Assembly: GCF_008189285.1 (NCBI RefSeq)
Contig: NZ_CP043315.1
Coordinates: forward strand, 420,001-452,000
Length of the DNA: 32,000 bases
DNA from: Candidatus Saccharimonadota bacterium
GTDB lineage: Bacteria > Pseudomonadota > Alphaproteobacteria > CAJXXZ01 > 1604HC
Direction of reading: 5' to 3'
Below are positions 25,754 to 32,000 of this stretch, one piece after another (positions within the stretch are counted from its first letter, which is position 1; the number at the start of each line of letters is the position of its first letter). Under the pieces are notes generated by a model. That model did not search any database, had not been told where the DNA came from, and saw nothing but the letters and a program-made list of their open reading frames with translations. Position numbers and translations under genes: made by a program.

Positions 25754-26935
25754 TTAATCTTTACCAGAATCGTCATTGTTTAATTTATCTGAATCAGATT
25801 TATCACATGAATCAGAATTATTACAGCATGAGCCTGCCTCTTCTTCATTTAATTTCTTTGTTTCATTTAATTTTTCGATCTTTTCTAACTCTTCAACTCT
25901 TCTTAATTCTTCGATCTTTTCTAATTCTTCAATTTTTTTCAATTCATCGATTCTCTTTAATTCATTATGAACAAAATTCAACATTTCATTGATTCCTGTT
26001 TTATCCCAACTTGCAAGACAAATCACATTTTCATATCTTTTCTTTGCTTTTGCTTTTGCTTCTTCGATTTCTTCTTCATCAACCAAATCACATTTTGTTA
26101 AGCAAATACATATCATTCTTTTTAACAATTCTGAATCATATTGTTTAATTTCATTTATAATGCAATCAATATCTTCTTCAAATGTATCGCTACTAATGTC
26201 TGCCAAATGAAGCAAAACTTTACATCTTTCTATATGCTGTAAGAATTGATGGCCAAGCCCCTTTCCTTCGTGAGCTTTTTCAATTAATCCAGGAATATCT
26301 ATAAAAGTCATGCTTTGATCATGATGTTTTACATTAGCTAATTTTGGCTTCAAAGTACTAAATGGGTAATCTGCAATAATTACAGGAGCATTAGAAACAA
26401 CGTGTACCAAAGTAGATTTTCCAGCATTAGGCTTTCCAACAACTCCAACATCTGCAATTTGTTTCAAAATTAACTTTAATTCTTTTTCTTCTCCAGGATC
26501 TCCATCTGTTGCAATTCGCGGAACTTGAAAATCTGGCCTAGCAAACCTCTTGTTTCCTAAGCCTCTTTTTCCACCTTTTACCAATATCACTTGATTTTCA
26601 TTTAATATCTCACATATTAATTGGCCATTTTCATAAACCTGAGTTCCAAAAGGAACTTGTATAATCAAATCATCTCCAGAACGACCAGTGCACAAACAAG
26701 TTTCGCCATCTCGTCCATTTTCAGCCTTCCAGTGCTTTTTATATCTAAAGTCCATCAAACTGTTTAAGTTGTGATTTCCCTTAATGTAAATGTTTCCACC
26801 TTTTCCACCATCTCCGCCATTTGGACCACCATTTGGAGCACTTCGCTCTCTTCTAAAACTGATGCACCCATTTCCACCATTTCCTGCTTTAACAGTGATC
26901 CCAACTCGATCAATATATTCATTCATTGTAGTCAT
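25754..26935 (-). CDS. obg: GTPase Obg/CgtA with a C-terminal repeat and Cys/Asp-rich extension of about 65 aa
   Basis: Obg fold N-terminus with a glycine-rich region (KAGNGGNGCISFRRE..PNGGPNGGDGGKGG). GTPase motifs are GKPNAGKST, DIPGLIE and TKCD. Confidence 0.95.
   Translation of the reverse strand: MTTMNEYIDRVGITVKAGNGGNGCISFRRERSAPNGGPNGGDGGKGGNIYIKGNHNLNSLMDFRYKKHWKAENGRDGETCLCTGRSGDDLIIQVPFGTQVYENGQLICEILNENQVILVKGGKRGLGNKRFARPDFQVPRIATDGDPGEEKELKLILKQIADVGVVGKPNAGKSTLVHVVSNAPVIIADYPFSTLKPKLANVKHHDQSMTFIDIPGLIEKAHEGKGLGHQFLQHIERCKVLLHLADISSDTFEEDIDCIINEIKQYDSELLKRMICICLTKCDLVDEEEIEEAKAKAKKRYENVICLASWDKTGINEMLNFVHNELKRIDELKKIEELEKIEELRRVEELEKIEKLNETKKLNEEEAGSCCNNSDSCDKSDSDKLNNDDSGKD
25838..25954 (-). 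repeat. In-frame 18-bp (hexapeptide) imperfect tandem repeat x about 6 in the obg 3' end
   Basis: The protein reads DELKKI EELEKI EELRRV EELEKI EKLNET KKLNEE. The 18-nt period (ttcgatcttttctaactc / ttcaactcttcttaattc ...) is visible on the + strand. Confidence 0.8.
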
Positions 26936-26975
26936 TATATCCTATATATTCCAGAATGAGTATTGCAATTAATAA

Positions 26976-27197
26976 TCATGATAAATTATTCCAATTCGCT
27001 TGCTTTTTAGCACTTTCTATAATTGGGCGCCTAAATTTATCTACAAATCCATCTGGATTTTTTAATTGTTCAAATTTTTTATCCGTATACTGTGACTCCA
27101 AAGGCAATACAGGCTCTCCTAAGCTTAATTTTGGCATATCACCTGAATCATTGATTGAGGATAAATTGCACATACAACATAATATTAACTTCATCAT
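26976..27197 (-). CDS. Hypothetical small protein (73 aa) immediately upstream of obg
   Basis: ORF only. Its composition (E/K/D/P-rich, PKLSLGEPVLPLESQYTDKKFEQLKNPDGFVDKFRRPIIES) looks more protein-like than the overlapping + strand ORF. No family recognised and no clear SD. Confidence 0.3.
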   Translation of the reverse strand: MMKLILCCMCNLSSINDSGDMPKLSLGEPVLPLESQYTDKKFEQLKNPDGFVDKFRRPIIESAKKQANWNNLS

Positions 27198-27355
27198 ATC
27201 TATACATTGCTATAAAAATAAAAATATCAAGCTAATTCTTAGTTATCTTATTTGATTAATTATGAATAAAAATTATCATACTTTTAATGTATAAGCGTCC
27301 ATATAATTCACAATAAATAAAATTGAAATGCTCATAATTTTAGAAAGGAGAAATA

Positions 27356-27679
27356 ATGCTTAAAACTTTTACTATACTTTTTGCATCTTTATCAATATTT
27401 GCAACTCAGGATCAGGAATATTTTTCTGATTCAACATCTTCAATATCTTCTATTATACTTGTTGAGCCTTGTGATTCAGATGACTCAGATGATTCATCGC
27501 AAGAAAATTTTAATCAATTAACTGAAATTAGAATTAATTCTATTATTTTGCAAAAAGCTATACGAACAGGTATGGTTAAAATTATAAATCATGAAATTCA
27601 AGATAGAAATGTACTTTATGCACAAGAAGATGATTCATTTGATAATTTAAGGCAATATTTAGATCAATTGAAATTGTAA
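27356..27679 (+). CDS. Orphan small secreted acidic protein (107 aa)
   Basis: Strong SD AAGGAG (27345-27350) lies 5 nt before the ATG. Signal-like N-terminus MLKTFTILFASLSIFA. An acidic Ser/Asp block CDSDDSDDSS is encoded by a 9-bp mini-repeat. No family recognised. Confidence 0.6.
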   Translation: MLKTFTILFASLSIFATQDQEYFSDSTSSISSIILVEPCDSDDSDDSSQENFNQLTEIRINSIILQKAIRTGMVKIINHEIQDRNVLYAQEDDSFDNLRQYLDQLKL

Positions 27680-27681
27680 AT

Positions 27682-27707
27682 AAACTTATTAATTTATAAA
27701 TAAGTTT
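27682..27707 (+). terminator. AT-rich hairpin directly after the stop of the 107-aa ORF (9-bp stem AAACTTATT/AATAAGTTT, 8-nt loop)
   Basis: The inverted repeat is read directly. The stem is weak and all A/T, and no U-tract follows, so terminator function is uncertain. Confidence 0.25.
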
Positions 27708-27756
27708 GCAAAACTACACATAAATCAGAAATTTATATCAAAATCTTCAAAAAGAC

Positions 27757-27784
27757 TTGTTATATTTTCTGCCTGATATATATT
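27757..27784 (+). promoter_or_regulatory. Candidate comEC promoter: TTGTTA, 16-nt spacer, TATATT, then 7 nt to ATG 27792
   Basis: Read directly. No SD lies upstream of the ATG. Confidence 0.3.
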
Positions 27785-27791
27785 CTTTATA

Positions 27792-29516
27792 ATGATTCCT
27801 ATATATCAGTATCAACTTTTTTGGGTAATATTAGGACAAATGATAGGAATTGCATCTTATATAGCAATTCCAAATCCATCTTTGTTTTTTATTTTGATCC
27901 CATTTTCTCTGATGTATTTCTTAAGAAAAAGCATTTATTTATTCTTTTTGATAGGATTGGCTATAGGATTTACTAGAATAACGCATAGAATCAATGTTTT
28001 AAGATATGAAAAACCACAATTTACTCATTTCAATGGAAAAATAGAAAAGGCACATAAAAGCAAAAATGGCTATTCATCTCTGATAAAATTAAACGATACG
28101 CAAAAATACATAAGAGTTAAAATAAATGATGAATATATATCAGAATTAAATTTTAAAAAAGGTAGCAATATAAGCGGAAATATAAAATTGTATGATGTTC
28201 CAAGCCCATGCCTTTCAGAAGCTAAAGACATACGATATAGAGAATATTTCTCACAAATAATATCGTATGGAAATGCTTATAATATCTCTATAATTCCTCA
28301 ATCTAATAGCTTTTTTCAAGATAAAATTGAATCTAGCATTAAAGATAATTTCCATCACCCAGAATCTACAATATTTCAAACTATACTTCTAGGAAAAAGT
28401 AGTGAAATTCCATATGAAATAAAAGAGTCATTTCAAAATTCAAGCATTTCGCATTTGCTTGCAATATCAGGATTACACATAGGAATGATTATGTTATTTT
28501 TCTATGCAATTATAAGATGGGCAATATATTTTTGCGTGTATAGATTATACATAATGCCAATTGTATCTATAAGTAAAATATTTGCTATATGCGGAGCAAT
28601 ATTATATTTATCTCTAATTGAAATATCAATTTCATCTATCAGATCAATCATTATGGCTATTTTCCCTATTATATCCTACTTTTCTCATCGCAAAACTGTA
28701 TCATCTCATGGCTTAATGTCATCAATATTCATACTGTTATCTATTTGGCCAGAATCATTATTATATCCGAGTTTTCAATTTTCATGCGCAGCAGTATTTG
28801 GACTAATATCATTCAAATCTAATTTCAAAAATTACTTTGCACAAATTGCATTCAGCACGCTTATTTGTTCTATAATCACCTTACCCTTAACAATATATTG
28901 GTTCAATCAAGCGCCAATACAACCATTTCTTGCAAATATGATATGCATACCAATTATGTTTATCATTATGTCCCTAACAGTTTTATGGCTACTTTTATTC
29001 AAATTTGGCATGTCATTTCTTATTTTAAATAAATCTATATCACTTCTTATAAGCTTATTAATTTATTTATCTAGAATATTCTCAAATCTGCTCAACTCAG
29101 TGCTTCTTTTTCATCAAATCAGCTGGATCTCAACGTCTTTATGCATGATAAGCTTTTTAATTATGACAAATGAAAAATATCGTAAAATCTCATTAATTCT
29201 ATTTATTCCATTTGTAATTGAAATATTTAACAAACCAAATAATATGTTTGTAATTTCAAGAAGCGGAGAAGTGGCTATTCTTCAAGATGGAATCTTGCAT
29301 GCAAAAGAGGAAAATTTTACTACCAATTGTTGGGCCAAAACTTTGGGGGCGAAATTATCTATAGATAACATGGTCAAAAGCAGTGTGAAATTTACATATA
29401 AAAGAGATAGAAGGAATAATAGAAGAATTCACTCAATAAAACTAAATAATGGGCATGGATATACATTATCAAAGCAAGATTTAAATGATTGCCCATGTAA
29501 AATTAAATTATTTTAA
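27792..29516 (+). CDS. comEC: ComEC/Rec2-family DNA internalisation channel protein, without a recognisable metallo-beta-lactamase domain (574 aa)
   Basis: An N-terminal TM plus OB-like segment is followed by the competence domain with SISHLLAISGLHIG and many TM helices. I saw no HxHxDH motif. Confidence 0.85.
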   Translation: MIPIYQYQLFWVILGQMIGIASYIAIPNPSLFFILIPFSLMYFLRKSIYLFFLIGLAIGFTRITHRINVLRYEKPQFTHFNGKIEKAHKSKNGYSSLIKLNDTQKYIRVKINDEYISELNFKKGSNISGNIKLYDVPSPCLSEAKDIRYREYFSQIISYGNAYNISIIPQSNSFFQDKIESSIKDNFHHPESTIFQTILLGKSSEIPYEIKESFQNSSISHLLAISGLHIGMIMLFFYAIIRWAIYFCVYRLYIMPIVSISKIFAICGAILYLSLIEISISSIRSIIMAIFPIISYFSHRKTVSSHGLMSSIFILLSIWPESLLYPSFQFSCAAVFGLISFKSNFKNYFAQIAFSTLICSIITLPLTIYWFNQAPIQPFLANMICIPIMFIIMSLTVLWLLLFKFGMSFLILNKSISLLISLLIYLSRIFSNLLNSVLLFHQISWISTSLCMISFLIMTNEKYRKISLILFIPFVIEIFNKPNNMFVISRSGEVAILQDGILHAKEENFTTNCWAKTLGAKLSIDNMVKSSVKFTYKRDRRNNRRIHSIKLNNGHGYTLSKQDLNDCPCKIKLF

Positions 29517-29701
29517 ATTTCTTAGATATAGAGATTTTCTCTGCAATTTTTCTACAAAATAAATTAAACATAAATCTTGAACATATTAAAAATTAAATAT
29601 ATTAAGTTAAATATAATAGTTACTTGTCTTTCAAAATGTTTCTATTATCATTAAATATTTATATTATTTCTAAAATTAATTGCATTAATCACGATTCACT
29701 G

Positions 29702-29755
29702 CAAATAAATCTTGCTTGTTCTTTCATAACCGACTAAAAGTAGTTATGAATAAAT
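29702..29755 (+). promoter_or_regulatory. Promoter-plus-start cassette of the HIT gene: TTGCTT (29712-29717), 17-nt spacer, TAAAAG (29735-29740), then 5 nt to ATG 29746
   Basis: Read directly. It is duplicated at 25658-25711, with mismatches concentrated in the spacer. Confidence 0.45.
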
Positions 29756-30078
29756 ATGACACAAATAATATATTTGCAAAAATCTTAAGAACAGAAATTC
29801 CTTCTGATATGCTTTATGAAGATGAATACGCTGCTTCTTTTAAAGATATTAACCCACAAGCCAAAATACATGCTTTGATAATTCCAAAAAAAGAATATCA
29901 AAATATATCTGAATTACTTGATGGAGATAAGGAGTTTTTATCTAACTTTATGAAAAGTGTTTCAAAGGCAATAAAAAAAATTAATGTAAAAAATGAAGAC
30001 TTTCAATTGATAGCAAATAATGGAGAAAATGCTGGCCAAGAAATCTTCCATATGCATTTTCATCTCTTAATTGATTAA
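29746..30078 (+). CDS. HIT-family (HinT-like) nucleotide hydrolase
   Basis: NIFAKILRTEIPSDMLYEDEY..AFKDINPQA..HALIIPK and the histidine triad HMHFHLL. The ORF track starts at TTG 29716. ATG 29746 gives the usual HIT N-terminus. Confidence 0.85.
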   Translation: MNKYDTNNIFAKILRTEIPSDMLYEDEYAASFKDINPQAKIHALIIPKKEYQNISELLDGDKEFLSNFMKSVSKAIKKINVKNEDFQLIANNGENAGQEIFHMHFHLLID

Positions 30079-30204
30079 TATATTTCATATATCAACCGAT
30101 GGTTATTGATTGATATATTTCATATATCAACCGATGGTTATTGATTGATATATTTCATATATCAACCGATGGATGTTATTGATTGATATCTTTCATATAT
30201 CAAC
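30079..30204. repeat. 35-bp tandem repeat x about 3.6 between the convergent HIT and tsaD genes, each unit able to form a hairpin
   Basis: - Units lie at 30079-30113, 30114-30148 (identical), 30149-30186 (with a 3-bp GAT insertion) and 30187-30204 (partial).
- 9-bp inverted arms ATATATCAA/TTGATATAT occur in each unit, for example 30087-30095 and 30110-30118. Confidence 0.95.
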
Positions 30205-30272
30205 TTACCAAATCTAAATGTAAAATCAGAATAATGCTTCGCAAATTTATAACAATAAATCTCTTCTAATAA

Positions 30273-31277
30273 TTATGCACTTACATCTATTTGATCTATT
30301 TTATAATCTGGAACAGGTCTCATATTATAGCTTGAAAACATTCCTTTCTGATAATATAAATATCCAGTATAACCAATCATCATTCCATTATCTCTGCATA
30401 ATTTAGGATCTGGAATAAAAATATCTTTGCCATATTCATCGCATAAATCAGTCAAATGGCTTCTTATATATAAATTTGAAGCAACTCCACCGGCAAATAC
30501 CCAAGATTTTACTTCATACTTATCCCAAGTGTTTTTCAATCTTGAAGCAATAGATTTTACAATTACTTGCTGCAATCCTAGACATAAATCACTTTTAACT
30601 TGCTCAGATTTATCGCTGCTTTCCCAAAATCTCATTGCTGCAGTTTTTAACCCAGAAAATGAAAAATTCATCGATCCATCATTTCTCAAAGGCTCTGTAA
30701 ATTTAACTGGATTATTCGAATTTTTAGCACACTGCTCCATATGCGGACCAGCAGGATTTTCAAACCCTAGGCATCGCCCTACCTTATCAAGCATTTCCCC
30801 AACTGCATCATCTATTGAATGACCTAAAATTTCATATTTTCCAAATTCTCTTGCCAAAACTATACATGTATGACCTCCAGAAACCAATAAAATTCCAAAT
30901 GGAAATTCCAAATTACTGTTCCATTTAGCTATTAACGCATGAGCCTCTAAATGGTGAACTCCTATGAAAGGAATACTTAACCCCCAAGCAAGTGATTTTG
31001 AATACTGAACCCCAACCATCAAGCTTCCCAGTAATCCAGGCCCCTTTGTAGCAGAAATAAAACTCAAATCAGTTAAAGATAAATTGTGTTTATTTAAAAT
31101 ATTATCAAGCAAATTAGGCAAAATAGACATATGTTCTCTAGAAGCATATTCAGGGACAACTCCACCAAAATCAGAGAAATTGTGCGTTACAATTTCATTG
31201 GCTAGGCATTTTTCATTCTTCATAAGAGCTACAGCTGTATCATCACAACTAGTTTCTATTCCAACATAATAAACCAT
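30273..31277 (-). CDS. tsaD: tRNA N6-adenosine threonylcarbamoyltransferase TsaD (Gcp/Kae1)
   Basis: GIETSCDDTAVAL, VHHLEAHAL, LLVSGGHT and FAGGVASN are TsaD motifs. Length is 334 aa. Confidence 0.95.
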   Translation of the reverse strand: MVYYVGIETSCDDTAVALMKNEKCLANEIVTHNFSDFGGVVPEYASREHMSILPNLLDNILNKHNLSLTDLSFISATKGPGLLGSLMVGVQYSKSLAWGLSIPFIGVHHLEAHALIAKWNSNLEFPFGILLVSGGHTCIVLAREFGKYEILGHSIDDAVGEMLDKVGRCLGFENPAGPHMEQCAKNSNNPVKFTEPLRNDGSMNFSFSGLKTAAMRFWESSDKSEQVKSDLCLGLQQVIVKSIASRLKNTWDKYEVKSWVFAGGVASNLYIRSHLTDLCDEYGKDIFIPDPKLCRDNGMMIGYTGYLYYQKGMFSSYNMRPVPDYKIDQIDVSA

Positions 31278-31334
31278 AATTAATCATGATTTATAACTCA
31301 AAAAACATCAACGCTTACATTTAATGCTTGATTT

Positions 31335-31431
31335 AATGAATTTTATGAAATGAAATTTATCTCTAATGAATTTTATGAAATGAAATTTATCTCTAATGAA
31401 TTTTATGAAATGAAATTTATCTCTAATGAAT
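31335..31431. repeat. Perfect 30-bp tandem repeat (ATGAATTTTATGAAATGAAATTTATCTCTA) x about 3.2
   Basis: Units lie at 31335-31364, 31365-31394 and 31395-31424, with 7 more nt. No mismatches are visible. It lies between the tRNA-Gly 3' end and the tsaD start. Confidence 0.95.
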
Positions 31432-31508
31432 TAAATTCTATGAATTGCTTTCTCGCATAACTGTTATTTATTTTAATTAAATTATTGAAAATTATATTAG
31501 TATAAAAA

Positions 31509-31583
31509 TGGAGCGGGCGAAGGGATTCGAACCCTCGACCCCAACCTTGGCAAGGTTGTGCTCTACCACTGAGCCACGCCCGC
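31509..31583 (-). tRNA. tRNA-Gly (anticodon GCC), 3' CCA encoded
   Basis: The reverse complement reads GCGGGCGTGGCTCAGTGGTAGAGCACAACCTTGCCAAGGTTGGGGTCGAGGGTTCGAATCCCTTCGCCCGCTCCA, a canonical cloverleaf. Confidence 0.95.
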
Positions 31584-31910
31584 TTCATCATTAACTATGC
31601 TATATTTCTAGCAAAAAGTAAATATATTAAGTGGAAAATCAATCAATAATATTAAAAATTCTTTTGCAATTAATTGTTAATTTAAATGATAATCTGTAAA
31701 ATCCCTTCATGCTTAATGGTTGATTTAAAAATTATTTATATAACACTCAAAACAAACTTTAATATACAAATCATGCATTTAAATAAATCTTTCTGAATAC
31801 TTCTAGAATTTTTCTGTTATTTTTTTTGTAATTATATTATCGTATTGCCTAAAATAATTAGATTGCATTTGATTAATTATTGAAAAGCATTGTTAATTAA
31901 TTTAGAAATA

Positions 31911-32000
31911 TTATTCCACTATATATTGATCTATCAATCTTGCTAATTTTTCACAAAACATTTCATCTGGGATTCCAAAATTCTTTGTATATGGGTCAAA
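31911..32000 (-). CDS. 3' end (29 codons plus stop) of an unidentified gene that starts beyond the window end
   Basis: My minus-strand translation from base 32000 gives FDPYTKNFGIPDEMFCEKLARLIDQYIVE*, open to the edge. The composition is protein-like, but the product was not recognised. Confidence 0.35.
   Translation of the reverse strand, partial: FDPYTKNFGIPDEMFCEKLARLIDQYIVE

Noticed and set aside
25776-26972. The + strand ORFs 25776-25970, 25807-25992, 25989-26210, 26771-26959 and 26790-26972
   Set aside because: All lie antisense within obg. They are repeat-driven or Pro/Phe-rich mirror frames of the Gly-rich Obg region.
26956-27255. The + strand ORF of 99 aa
   Set aside because: It overlaps the 73-aa minus-strand ORF. 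Its composition is less protein-like and it has no SD. Neither ORF is certain.
30427-31269. The + strand ORFs 30427-30822 and 31084-31269
   Set aside because: They lie antisense within tsaD.
30079-31431. The tandem arrays at 30079-30204 and 31335-31431 (and 2192-2337) as CRISPR arrays
   Set aside because: The units abut directly with no unique spacers, the periods are 9-35 bp, and no cas genes are present.
31403-31591. The - strand ORF of 62 aa
   Set aside because: It is a translation through tRNA-Gly and the 30-bp repeat.
1-32000. Mobile elements, prophage or a genomic island
   Set aside because: I found no transposase, integrase or recombinase ORF, no long inverted terminal repeats, and no tRNA-flanked foreign block. 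The tRNAs are bordered by housekeeping genes.
1-32000. An alternative genetic code (TGA read as Trp)
   Set aside because: Conserved genes have normal lengths with TGA, TAA and TAG as stops (for example mraZ and rsmH end in TGA within ATGA overlaps). Trp positions are encoded by TGG.

Overview
Strongly AT-rich bacterial window (by eye; G+C not computed), densely packed with housekeeping genes. It looks like a reduced, probably host-associated alphaproteobacterium. That reading is inference from an alpha-type AddA N-terminus (WVSASAGSGKT), a RppH/InvA-like Nudix protein, a tandem cold-shock protein, an H+-PPase and the general gene set.

Gene order:
- serS (partial, -), rplU-rpmA (+), and a 1.2-kb ORF-free gap holding a perfect 9-bp x16 repeat
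- an orphan secreted protein, an APC permease, acpS, mnmA and an MFS transporter (all -)
- tRNA-Thr(CGU), rppH, tRNA-Leu(CAA), a tandem-CSD protein, tRNA-Gln(CUG) and rpsD
- a reduced addA/addB-like pair and hppA (all -)
- a short dcw block, mraZ-rsmH-ftsL-ftsI-murE (+)
- rpmE (-), tsaE, an M48/TPR protease, obg (-), and two small orphan ORFs
- comEC, a HIT protein, tsaD (-), tRNA-Gly(GCC) and a partial unidentified CDS

I found no transposase, integrase, phage gene, CRISPR array or rRNA, and I cannot point to a clear new multi-gene system.

The observations most worth follow-up are:
1. A repeated promoter-to-ATG geometry suggesting many leaderless mRNAs. It includes a duplicated promoter-plus-start cassette whose mismatches fall almost entirely in the spacer.
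2. An AddAB pair that appears to have kept its helicase motifs but lost or inactivated both nuclease domains.
3. CCC repeats phased at 10 bp over the mraZ promoter, resembling a MraZ operator.
4. Large low-complexity insertions in MurE and a repeat tail on Obg.
5. Two Sec-signal orphan proteins with strong Shine-Dalgarno (SD) sites.
6. An unusual load of perfect short tandem duplications in spacers.

All functional calls rest on motif recognition by eye; no searches were run.
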